Assembly (NCBI GenBank): GCA_023515725.1
Contig: JALDTO010000208.1
Location: 373,868-437,867 of the forward strand
Direction: 5' to 3'
Source: Amoeboaphelidium protococcarum X5
Taxonomy: Eukaryota; Fungi; Aphelidiomycota
DNA: 64,000 nucleotides
This document shows, one piece after another, positions 1-11,813 of the stretch (positions are counted from its first letter, which is position 1; each line of letters starts with the position of its first letter). A model generated the notes under the pieces. The model saw nothing but the letters and a program-made list of their open reading frames with translations. It was not told the DNA's origin and did no database searches. The translations under genes and the position numbers were made by a program.

Positions 1-716
1 GATGTCTTGACAACTACCAACGGCGGCAATTTGTACCCATCTTAACGTACTGCAAGTACGACGGTTGCCTTTTCACGCAAGTTGCTAACCATCGATTTGC
101 AGTACACTTACTTTGCTCCACGATGATCGATAACCTTAGACGGAGGATGATCGAACCACACAGGTGTCTGATCCACATTGTAAATCTAAAGATCAGAAAA
201 CTAATGCTGATAGATCACATCTTTGATATATGTGCGGAATGCGGCCATCTTTTCTGCCTTATCATCGAAATTATCACGAATGGATGTAAACTTATGTGCA
301 TTTACGCGACACGTTATGGCACGTAGCGATAACCCAAATCTTTCAAGAAATCCATACACCCACCCAGTTGACGCCTTGAACTAATCATCTCCTACAATCA
401 ACCTCATTTATCGCCGTATATTGCTCAGAGTTAGAGGATCTCCACGATTTCTACAGCTAAATATTATTTAAACTAACATCCTCTCCGCCTATGGATGAGC
501 AACAGTTCTTCCAGAGCCTATTTTTCTGCAATGCTAATCTTTGTGAGTAGTGAGTTTATCATTACGAAGCCACCTATATATCATAGAGTGATGCAGGTTG
601 AACGTGATAGCTGCTTCTCTTACTGAACGGCTTGAGCAAAATTTAATAACACTCTTTTTATAAGCAATTGTGTACGATTTACGCGGTGAAGACATTCTGC
701 GCAGCGTATAAACCAT
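1..716 (-). CDS. pogo-like transposase (Brinker/HTH + CENP-B HTH + start of DDE_1), 3' truncated
   Basis: Code-6 translation is open to base 1: RKSYTIAYKKSVI, FKASTGWVYGFLERFGLSLRAIT, IYNVDQTPVWFD, GAKQV, ATVVLAVRQDGYKLPPLVV. Confidence 0.9.
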
Positions 717-779
717 TTTCGCGGTTAAGGAGAGAAAAATGAAAAATAGAAAATTTGTGCTTATAAATCAAATTTACAG
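1..779 (-). mobile_element. pogo/Tigger-family DNA transposon, one end only (rest lies beyond window start)
   Basis: Transposase ORF plus a candidate terminus reading TA|CTGTAAATTTGATTTATAAGCAC on the minus strand (TA at 780-781), resembling pogo-type TIRs. The partner TIR is outside the window. Confidence 0.7.
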
Positions 780-819
780 TAATTTCTTAATATTATCATT
801 ATAAAAAGGCAAAAAGATA

Positions 820-892
820 GAGCGCCTAGTGGATTCGAACCAATGACCTTCGGATTATGAGACCGACGCCCTAGCCGCTGGGCGAAGGCGCT
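820..892 (-). tRNA. tRNA-Met(CAT), elongator-like but with A1:U72
   Basis: AGCGCCT TC GCCC AGCGGCTA GGGC G TCGGT CTCATAA TCCGA AGGTC ATTGG TTCGAAT CCACT AGGCGCT, followed by a T5 Pol III terminator. Confidence 0.9.
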
Positions 893-1170
893 GCTGAAAT
901 CTTGAGCCTTGGCTTGATATAAACCAATTGAATACAAAAATTTTCCCGTTTGACACCAGTCATCTCTTCAATAGAGTGTCGAGTAGGCTTGTGTTTATGG
1001 AATTAAAAAAGTTTGATGGTTGCTCCAGCTGGGTCTTGGCGAAAGATAAGTACAGTACAAAGAATATAGAAAGATGGAGACAATAATTACGGCTTGTTGC
1101 TTGCTAATTCTATTGAAAGATGCAGTCAAGTTTGTAATATTATTTGCAGCAATCAGTAATATATAAAAAT

Positions 1171-2577
1171 TCAAACAGATGTAGCATCCGTGCTACTATT
1201 ATCACGACTCAAAATAACTTCTTCAATGTCAGCACGACAAGATGGACATGTTCTGTTGGTCTGCAACCACTAATCTACACATTCAGCATGATAGTGGTGT
1301 CTGCAACCGGGCAAGCGTTTAATTAAATCACCATCTTCATACTCAGCCAAACAGATTAAACAGTGAGCATCATCCACCTCAATATCATCAATATCAACAA
1401 TGTCTTTATTCTTGGCGCTATTGGAGCGAGTAAAGAAATTAAATCCTTTACCGCTCTTCCTCTAAGGATTATTACTATTGTTCCCATTCTGAATGTCGCT
1501 AGCAATTGCATCATTCAACTATGATGAACTACCAGCAGTCTTCAGAGATTAATACGCATGATACTTCAACGTCGGAATCTTTTTCAACACATCCACAGTA
1601 GTACCTTATACTCTGGAAGGATTATAATCTCCATTGAAGCCGGCAACTAAATTCACACCGGTCCATACATAAGTCAGTCTCAAAATGACAAGCACCACAG
1701 GTAAACAGAATATTATGGCCAGAATTAAGAGTACCGGGAATAAAATGACGATGTATCCCACAATGACAAAGGATAGACTAGTATAGAATTAATATGGAGC
1801 AGTTACTGAACACGTTTTAACAGACGTGAACACCCACCAGTTACCGAGTAGGAACCAGAGCATACCAATAGTCTCAACAAAGCTCCTGATTCTCTACTAT
1901 GGAGAATTGGTAACTCTCAGACTATTATTACTATCGCGCACTTCATTCACTGATTACTCACCGGTATTATTATTATTGTACCTATTCCTGTCACTACTAG
2001 CATTTGTGGGAGATTACAGAGCAGATTCTGGTGAAATGGGAGTGGAGGATAATGATGATGTCATCGGTCGCAGATTTGATTGACGCTACGTGGCAGAGCT
2101 AGAAGAACCTTGTAAATCAGAATTATTATTATTATGACTTATAGAATTGGTGCGGCTATTATCGCGGGTACCAACATTAGATCGATGTGTGTCTCTTTAT
2201 GATGGCATTATCCTGAGGTAAATCATCAGCGGCAATCGAATGAATATAAGCACAATAAATCCACCCAGATATACATCCAAAGGATTCTCACACTATTCAC
2301 CATTCTGAATCCCCAGTACCAGCATCGATATTCCCACCGCTACCTCAGCTAGCAGGAAGAATGAATGTATCAGCAATAAAATCTTATTAGCCCGAGATAT
2401 TTACATAAACTGATTAAAGAAGTTTCTCCGCACCTAACCTCGCTCTCGAAGCCTGGTATTCTATCGCTGAGCCTGCGTCTGTGGACTGCCTTACTATTGC
2501 TGCGATAACTCCTAGTCCTATTGACTATTTACAGCATTGAGTCGCATTTAATCCCCACTAATATTATTACCGTCCAT
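1171..2577 (-). CDS. Transmembrane RING-H2 E3 ubiquitin ligase (468 aa)
   Basis: C-terminal [43 protein letters not shown], preceded by several TM helices (WFLLGNWWVF...ILAIIFCLP). Confidence 0.9.
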
Positions 2578-2806
2578 CACTTGGCTTTAAGTCAAAATAT
2601 TGTTGTCACTATTGTTATTCATCCGACCGACAGTGTTGATTCGCTGAACGAAACAAAATTCAAAAACGAAAATCGGCACAAGTCAGAAGGAAAGTCTGTC
2701 TGCTGAGCAGCGCGTGACACAAAATAACGCAATCACACAAGAGCCATCGATATTAGGGAAAAGCATTATAATTACGATAGAAAATAGGGTCAATTTTATT
2801 AAATCA

Positions 2807-3550
2807 TCAAACTTCAAAAGCAGGAGGAGAAAGGGAGCGCTGTATATCTAATTCTACTTCATTGAGCATTTTCCACGATTGATAATCGGCGCGCATGATC
2901 CGCCTGTCAAAATCCCAATTCTCCCAATCATCCTCAGACATTTCAGAGAGGCCGACCGCAGATCGATCATACTCCTTCTTATCATACGTGTAGTAGACTT
3001 GTGCAAATCTTGATATCTTCACCTTGGCTCTCTTACTACTTGAAGCATTCTCAGAAGCTACCCGCATGGAGAGGTGCCCATTAGTAGATATTTAAGAGTC
3101 TTCACCATCACTGGAATCACATGAATAATCGGAGGACGCGTATGAATCTGACAATTTCACGACTTGGACTTGAAACTTGGTAGACGACGCCATATCCTCA
3201 TCATTATCATCAATATTATCTCCAGCTTGAACACCATCTTCTAAAAAACTATCTTCTTCTTCTTCTTCTTCTGATATCAGCTCTGTATCCATAGTGGATC
3301 GGCGATGAGTTACCACATCCTAATTGTCCAAATCATCGGCAATGCTCGATAACTAAGACATTGGCGAATTAGAGATAGCACCAGAGGTTGAGACACTGCA
3401 CTCCAATGTGGACGCAGAGCTTGATATAGAATCATCGCGGACTCTTCCATCCGATCGAGGGAGATATGACGGATGATCAGCCTTGATCGCGCTTTAAGCA
3501 GATTCAAAATATTACACAATTTAATCTTCTTCTTAAATATTGTATTCCAT
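2807..3550 (-). CDS. Acidic low-complexity protein with Bni4/neurabin-like C-terminal PP1-binding-type motif (247 aa)
   Basis: ATG-TGA open in code 6; motif KVKISRFAQVYYTYDKKEYDRS. Confidence 0.6.
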
Positions 3551-3807
3551 ACTGTATATTTTAATGGATGTATCAATATATATATAAAGCAGTATTTTAA
3601 AATAGTAGATTACAAGATAAGAAGATGGTCGATCAGTTGACCTCAATACTTCAACCTCCATCGCAATGTAACACCAATCGAGGCATCTTAGTGGTCAGTC
3701 ACATTTTACACGCAACGTCAATCACGTTTCTTCATGTTCATCGTTCAAAATTTCGGTCTAGCCACCAGACTAAGAGTAGAGGGAATCTAAAGGACAATTC
3801 AAGACAA

Positions 3808-4623
3808 TCACTTTTTAATAATATTTGGCTGTTTTGTGGAAGATCTTTAAAGTTACTACATTATTTTCCGCCTCTTTAGCTCTTTATCAACAAACGCCTG
3901 ACGCGACGTGACACTTTGTTACTGATCACCAGCAGTAATACCAAGAGTCAATTGAGCTCTTTTTCTCTCTTATTACTTTAACGCATCATCTTTGAAATGA
4001 ATGCTATCATCAACCCGGACCGTGATATCTTCTTGAATCTTCCGTCTTAAATGAAGTTTCAGACTCTAATTTATCTCAAAATGGTCTTGAGATCGCTGAC
4101 TTTAAGTCTACAATTTCTCAATAACTTTACTCTACGCAGCACCACGAATTCTATCTAAATGTAGCAACTCCAGTCTAATCATAACGTCGTCCAAATCAAT
4201 ATACTCATCTTCATAAACTTTAATTAATCTGTGATCACTAGTATCCAGAGCACCAATATTGGATGCTTCATACACTTTAGTCTTGGCCTTGACACCCTCA
4301 ACGCAAATATACGCGGCATTTTGAGGATCAGTTTAGATGACAATCTACTGCTAACACTCTAGACATTTCATACTAAACTGAGATACATCGGTACTCAAAT
4401 ACTTTCCGCAAGTCCTCTTAGTAGAGTTGAATCTAGTGCCTGCAGCAATCATTCTATCACATCCCAGACAGAACACGCCCATGGGCATCTCGAATCTCAC
4501 TTTATTATCACTACTACTCTGCTATTTCCCTCGCGCCTACTTTTAGTATGAGTTGACATTTTTGTGTTTCCGTGGATCAAAGTCTGGTGGAAGGTATTTT
4601 TACTGAGCTTTTCTCTCAGCCAT
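3808..4623 (-). CDS. YJU2B: Saf4/Yju2-family splicing factor, CCDC130/YJU2B-like (271 aa)
   Basis: MAERKAQQKYLPPDFDPRKH, VRFEMPMGVFCLGC, GTRFNSTK, FSMKCLEC, IQTDPQNAAY. Confidence 0.9.
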
Positions 4624-4942
4624 ATATTATTTACCGTAGTGCGATAACTTCTTTCACTCTCTTGATACTTGGAAACACCTCTGGCTATCGATAACTATCA
4701 GTCTAACTAACGCGCGGTTTATCAAAGAGTGGTGACCAAGACAGTCAGGAAAGACGAGAGAGTTCAAATTCAGTTTCGCCGTTGCTTCAGTTCAACTTAA
4801 AACTATTTTGAACGCGCTTTTTATTCTTCAATGATACCAAGGCTCTTGCATTATTTTATCTAGTGTAAACTACTCTCGTCTAATCAATTCAAGTCTTTGA
4901 TTTTAAAGTATCATATTCAATTTGGGAGGGGAAACGCATATA

Positions 4943-6529
4943 ATGTCAGACTATGAGGATAATGATGATTTCATGATGGAAGAAGAAGAGGAGGAGGATG
5001 AAGATTATGGATTTGAATATGAAGATGAGGATGAAGACAATGACCAGGCTATGCTTGATTCTGATGATACTCTGGTCTAGGTAGAGAATACTTATTATCA
5101 TGCCAAGTCTGTTAAGGAGGAGAATCTAGAGTCTGCCGTCTAATTATTTGCAGAGATTGTGGACAAGAATGGTGGAGAAGGAGATTAGCAAGTTTCTGGT
5201 CCATTGGCATAGTGGAGATTCAAGGCTATTAAGCAGATTGTCAAGTGTTATGCTAGAATGAACACGCCAAGTGCCAGCGATAAACTTTTATAGTATTACT
5301 CTTAACTTTTGGATAAAACCAAGACAGTTTTGCAGACTTATGCGGAGAAGAGTATTGGTAACACGTTTGATTACGTATGTAACAATGTTGTAAAAGAGTA
5401 GTAGTAGTAGTAGAATGGAGCTGATTTTAATTGTGGACAGTTTATTGCAAAGCTGGTGCAGAAAACTCAGAGCTCTCAGTATTATCTTCACCTATCACAG
5501 GAGGCCAAGAGTAAATTGTCGACTAAATTGCTTCTCAAGTTGGCCCAGCATTAGCTTCATTCCATGCAGTTTGCAGATTTGAGCTCCACTCTTACTCAGC
5601 TGAGAGAACTTGTATTCCCATCTGCAGAATCGCTAAAGGCTCAGTAGAAACTACGTATGGACAATGATGTGCTGATGGATCCTTCAGTGTTCACACCAGC
5701 CACCTCATCGTTTGAGTAGTAGAGAGTGGCCAATAGCTAGCTGGACGTTCTGATCATTGAATTGTAGATGCACTCAATCAACCGGGATCAGCTGTAAACG
5801 CGGCGAGTGTATTAGTAGTGCTAGAAGTTGTTGAAGAGTACCATTGCGCACCCGAAGCTACTGGCTGTCATTCGTGAGTGTGGTGGTAAGATGCGGATGA
5901 TATCTAAAGAGTGGCAGGAGGCGCGTGTTGAATTCTTTGAGTCTTTTAAATCTTATGATGAGTCTGGTGATCATCAGGGTCGATTGCGGTGTATAAAGTA
6001 CTTGATCGTCGGTGCGATGCTTAGTGGCACGGAAGTGGATTTATTCTAAAGTCAAGAGATGAAGCCGTGGAAAGATGCACAGGATGGTGGAATTGATGTG
6101 TTGATTAAATTGCTAAGAGCTTTCTAATCTAAAGATATACAGTAGTTCTAATTATTGCTCTAATCTGGTCGCAGTTTAATTCTAAATGATGAATTTGTCA
6201 AGCCTTACATTGATTAGATTCTGGATTATATGAGCAAGGATGTCATTATCTCTATGGTGGAATCCTCATCATTTTCACAGCAGTAGGTTGTGCCTATGCA
6301 TGAAATACAGAAGCGTATTGGAGGTGATATATCGATTGATAAAGTTCTGACACTCTGTCTATCCCTCATAGCTGATTAGTAGTAATCGATGGGGCACTTG
6401 AAAGTTGATCAATACGAGATGGCCCTGGTTCCGTGGTAGAATGACGATGATCCTCTCACCGCGTCTGTGAACAACTTGAAGTCTGCCATTTCTGGCCTTA
6501 TTGAAGCCACTGCTCAGAGGGTCAGTTGA
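4943..6529 (+). CDS. CSN2: COP9 signalosome subunit 2 (528 aa)
   Basis: Acidic N-terminus, WRFKAIKQ, IAHPKLLAVIRECGGKM, FFESFKSYDESG, SQEMKPW. Confidence 0.93.
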
Positions 6530-6613
6530 TTGATTGAAATCATAAAATTGTATACAAATTGAACATTATTATTGTTATTATAAACTTGGGGATTAACTCA
6601 TTTTTTAATTCAT

Positions 6614-8428
6614 TCATTACATCCACTCGTGAGTATTATCAATAAATTACGACTAGAAATCATCATTTACAAGGGATTAAATATTGCCTAGCAGATAACC
6701 GACACCACGTCTGATCCATTCAGTCCAAGAGTATCCCGCGTCAATCCAGCCATCTTGAACTAAGTCGTCATATGATAATGCTGTCCATGAAGGATACTTT
6801 GTCATTATGCCAATTTAGTTCACGTAATCTTCCAACTTTTTAATTATACTTGACACTGTGATCAGCTCCAATACAATGTACAGCATTGAGAATAGAACAA
6901 TCCACAGTACGAATTTAATCCAAGAAGCAATCTGAGGTATATTCACCTGCTATTCAATAACAATGCCATCATTCTTGGCAATGAACTTTAATGGAATACT
7001 CTCCTACAGGATTAAAAGTTCTTCCTACAGCGTAGATACAGTCTTTTAAAGCTAAACTTCTCTCTTTTGAGATTCTTAAAGCATCTGTTTCAACTGCTCC
7101 ATTTAAGATCCATCGCCAGTTGATTATTAATTAGAATGAGATTAAAACAACTACCTCAATGACTCCCTGCTAATGCTGCTAAGAAGACTCAGCTTTCGCT
7201 CATGATGATTACTGTGATGTCCAGCTAGCAGACTCTCTTCATCAATGTGCTCTTCAATCAACGAAGAGGTGACCACCTTCTCCTAAGCCAACGCGTCCTT
7301 GGATCCGAATCCCTCATCTTCAACCATCACCATTCCACGATCATATTCAGCACTCAAATCCGCACATGAATCTTTATCTTTATCATCATAAGACAAACTT
7401 TACAAGCCACGCAGTTCAGAAGCGCTACATTCCGAACCAGATAGAGAAACATCTGCAGCAGGTGACACTGAATCTTTAATGCGGTTCATGTTAGACGCTC
7501 TTACAGGACTAACATTAAAGTTTAAACTTTGTTACAACTGCCTGCTATCTTGATCAAAAGATATCCCATTACCATCATCATCAATTTCATTCAAATTGGC
7601 CCTTTCTACAGCTGATTGCTTTGGACTGTTCGAAAGTGTCTCTTTGCTAGACATTCTCTCTAAAACTTTAGGTGATGTCTCGTGATTTAAGTTAGAATTA
7701 CCAGCTATGGATTGACTACTGAACAGGGAACTATTAGATATTTTCCTGGCCAGAGAACCAACTGCAGATAATTGATGATCATTGGAAGGATGCGCAGACG
7801 AAGATAGACCCAGCCCAAAGCTTAAACTAGTTCTTTTACCGGTCCCAGTATTATTGTTGATGCTATGATGAGTATACAGCAAGGAGGATGCAATAGGCAA
7901 TTTACTGCCGCGCCTGGAAGAAGATTTAGACGGTTTGGAATCTAGATTATTAGAATCCTGGTCAATATGTCCACCATTCTGATGTGAAGACGACGACTAC
8001 ATAGATTGCAAAGGTGTCACGTTATTAGCATAGTTCTCAGCGCCAACACTACTAAGACTTCCACTCTAGCTTCTCAGAGACGGTGCATGGCGAGGGGAGA
8101 TTTTCTGAGCCAGTTTCAGCAAATCAAGTCTCATAGAATGGTCGTTCTGATTATCATCATCAGCAGCAGCAGAGGGATCCTAATAAGTATCAACCTTTCT
8201 ATTTGATTATTTCTTAAAAGATGAATCTTTTACATTGACATTATAAGACTCGTCACTTTGATTTACAATTTAAACTTCTTGTCCAAAAGGTTCATTGTTA
8301 GCAGTGCTGCCACTCCTGTTAGTAGCAGAAGTTGCAAAAGAGATTGAGGACAATTCAGGTGCAATAGAGTAGGAAGGCTAATCTTCAGCAGGACCAAAAG
8401 TCAATGAATGATCTTCTATAGAATCCAT
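6614..8428 (-). CDS. Unknown Ser-rich protein with coiled-coil and a single C-terminal TM helix (604 aa)
   Basis: Open ATG-TGA in code 6, joins ORF 7532-7900; TM WIKFVLWIVLFSMLYIVLELITV near the C-terminus. Confidence 0.7.
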
Positions 8429-8834
8429 TATATGGAAGCCAACTAAATATCGATGAATAATTGCAGGTGGGAAGTGCAAGTGTTGTAACAACTAAACAAC
8501 TTCAATATAATACACGCTTAAAGCGAAAATAGAACGCGGGAGAATTCGCGTCGGGTGAAACAGAAAATACAATTCGACTGAAACTGAAACGGACCGATCC
8601 AGTCAGATAAAGTCTCCGCAGTTGTTATTATTATGGGCGATAGTAAAGCAAGTTATATATCAGAGTGATCATGGATATATCATCGTCAGAAGTGTTTCGC
8701 TTTAATAGGCATAATAGGCATTTTACCCGGCGGAGACGAAGAGGTAAACTTTGCAGAGGTATATCATTTACAATTATAGTATTTTATTATATAGTTCTTT
8801 TTCATTGATCTAATATCGCAATATAAAGTATATC

Positions 8835-11099
8835 TCATTGCTTCTGCATGAATGCTTATGGAGGAATTCTACCTAGAGCCTTGGCTTGTTCAAAGGCTTA
8901 TAACGCGCGTTGAGGATCCCAGCTTTGTTCATTCAGACACAGCACACTAAACTCGAGATTCAGATTGGTGTGTTGACTAAACTGTTGTGCCAATTGCATC
9001 TACTCTGGAGACAGCTGCGGTGCGGTAGTTTCATTAACCGTGGGCTGTGGCTACGCACTAGAAGAAGGAGAAGAAGCGGCAATCACAGGTGGACACTTGG
9101 CAACTTCACGCACAATGGACAAATCATCAACCTTTTTCAGAGAACTTCTACTGGACGCGGATGGTCTCTAATACCGTCCACCTCTACCCCTACTCCCATG
9201 TGTGACTGCTTGTCTTTAAAATCTCTCCTGAATCTTTACAATTATATCATCATCCAGAGCGGGCCTAATGCAAAGCATGTCATTAACTATCTATACAGGC
9301 CAACTCTGAGTCTGGAAAGCCTTTGATTCAACTGGTGCTGGAATTAAGACAAAGCATCGATCATAGTGTCTTTTCAATTTAGATTAAACTACATCGCAGT
9401 GGACAGAAGATTAAAGTATAATGTACAAATAGTTTGTATAATAGATGAATCAGGAACGGAAAGCTTACCTTCTGTGTAGATGACAGAGAATCTAATGTGT
9501 AATCTAGCAAGACCGGATGCAGTCTAAGCAGGGGTCTACCAACAATCAGAGACGAGAACAGAGAAATCGTGCGCAGTCTGAGGCAGCAGTCCCAATGCAT
9601 GAACAATATTCAAAGGGCCAATTTACAAAGTATCGACAGTGGAGCCAGACGATATAAACTTCAGGTTGTGATTATTGGCTATCCATTCATTAGCCTTCTG
9701 CCTATTACTAGACCGAGTGATCAGGGACGATTCGGATTCTGTTTTTATTGTATCTTCCACTTTTGCAGTCACCTGGTCAATGATAGACAGCGAGAATTGA
9801 CTAACATCGGCAGCATAAACATCCAACAGCTACATTCTATCAGTGTCAAACAGATGCAAATACTTTTACAGAAATTAACCAGCTGTCTACTAAGTCAATT
9901 CAGTATCAAAGAAACTGCCCAACTACTGCAGAGGAAGTTGAACAGATTACTATGCAGACTGCCTCTGAGCTTTATTCTATTACAGCTGAGAACTGTCATG
10001 AACATTCAGCGGCTACGGTTACCTCTCAATAGGCACGGTATCCAGAATATGCAGCTACGAGAGAGCCTGGCCAATCTGCAAACGATATCGCAAATTTTAC
10101 ACCTGATCATTATCATGAGCAATAGGATTACCACTCAGCAACAATTCCCTCAATTACTTGAGACCACCATGTCCATTCTTTCCACCAAGCACATCCTCAA
10201 TACTTTTCATACTAATGATATCATTCTAAGCCAGTGAAAGATTCGGCAGATTAGGAAGATATGCAGTGATTCCAGCTATTGGTGAGAGAGACTTTAACTG
10301 ATTATGAGCTAAGATAAGAGTCTATAGATCCGGCGAATTATCTGCTAAAATCTTGAACAATGCATTAAAGGCACCTGCATCCAAAGTCTATAACTTTTAC
10401 ATTAAAAGCGGTACACCTGCAAGATTAGATAAATCACACAACTTCAACTCGGCATTATATCGAGATTAAACAAAGTCTCTCAATAGCGCAATCGAATCTG
10501 GCGTAGTCAAATGCTAAGCAATCTACCGAATATCACCACCGCTCTCACTATTCTCCTTAATCACAACTTGCAACTTTTATGGACCATACGAGTATCCATT
10601 GATTCTCATTATCCCGGCCACTTATTACTTATTACCGAGCACAGTGATCATACCATTCGGACGCTGCAATGTCTTAACAATTCTAACACCCCCCCTGCAC
10701 TTGTTCTCCAGCCATGACGTGAAATGCTATCTATCCACTGATCTCCACTAAAAAGCTGGACTGACAGATATGTAAACACTAGATTCCACATCGTAATCAA
10801 CAACTACAGATTCAGTGCTACCTCTTGACGAGCCTTGAGCGGATTTTCTACCCATATAATATTGCGAATTATTAATTAATATCAAAATAAAGAATATTCC
10901 AAATTAAATTTCAAATTTACGGTCTTCTATTGATGGGTGGACTACCTCTTGCACCACCACCACCGCTGCTATTAGGCTAATCTCTAGGATGGACCTGACC
11001 ACCGGTTCTACTTCCATTTGCGGTGCCAAAATCTAATCTAGATGCTATTGATGGCTACTAACTTGAAGATCTAGATGAATAATTTCGTCCGCCAGGCAT
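8835..11099 (-). CDS. MEX67: mRNA export factor Mex67/NXF1 (LRR + NTF2-like + TAP-C); introns 10848-10920 and 9389-9468
   Basis: FVQSRYNAELKLCDLSNL, LRRs, KRHYDRCFVLIPA...IVNDMLCIR, TAP-C QQFSQHTNLNLEFSVLCLNEQSWD...IPPQAF; both GT-AG introns restore frame. Confidence 0.92.
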
Positions 11100-11255
11100 T
11101 ATACTATGAGCGATGGAGTATGTAGCAATGGTGATATTATAATCCAGATAAAGATGAGTGACTGATCTGTTGAAAGACTGAATTTAACGACAAAAGATGA
11201 AAGATGAAAAATTCAAAAATGATCTCACGCACAGAGAAACAAGCGAAATCACAGT

Positions 11256-11783
11256 ATGAACCGGATATATTTACAATAAAGCATATAGAGCTAAGAAAAT
11301 TATGGTTATCCTACAATCCAATGTGTTAATTTAGTATTTGATATCTCACTTAATAATACCAGTTCAATGCTGTTTTATTCGGAGATTAACGCGAGCAACT
11401 AAGCTAAAGCAAATCAGAACGCTACTTTTGAGTTTTCCCACGATCAACTATGGACTTTTACTTATTCAATTGGTATCGATCCTCCAGCAATTAGATTTTA
11501 CATCATAACACCATCACGATCTGTCATGGATGAGTATAAGAGGCAACTCAAAGTTGCTTCCAAGAATTATCAGTTACTGATAAGAGACTTTTATAAAGAC
11601 GACTTGATATTGTTTCTTACTTAACACCATATGAGATTAGCTGCGTCTATAACAGAATCTATTTCATCCAATAAGGCTAATGAAACTGCGCTGCGTTATA
11701 CATGCAAAACAGAAATTACAATAATCAACCGGCACATTAACCATGAAACAAATCAAAGAAATCAATGTACAGTATGGTCATGA
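11256..11783 (+). CDS. Hypothetical protein (175 aa)
   Basis: ATG-TGA open frame filling the intergenic gap; no recognisable motif. Confidence 0.45.
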
Positions 11784-11813
11784 ATTTCAATAATAAAATA
11801 TCCAATAATATAT

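Noticed and set aside
8723-8730. TTACCCGG, the yeast Reb1 site, in an intergenic region
   Set aside because: A single 8-mer is expected by chance in 64 kb, and the specificity of the local Reb1-like protein is unknown.
9569-10237. 222-aa plus-strand ORF and similar track ORFs (e.g. 19968-20525, 50105-50548)
   Set aside because: Antisense shadows of MEX67, GH36 and DENN, with no motifs.
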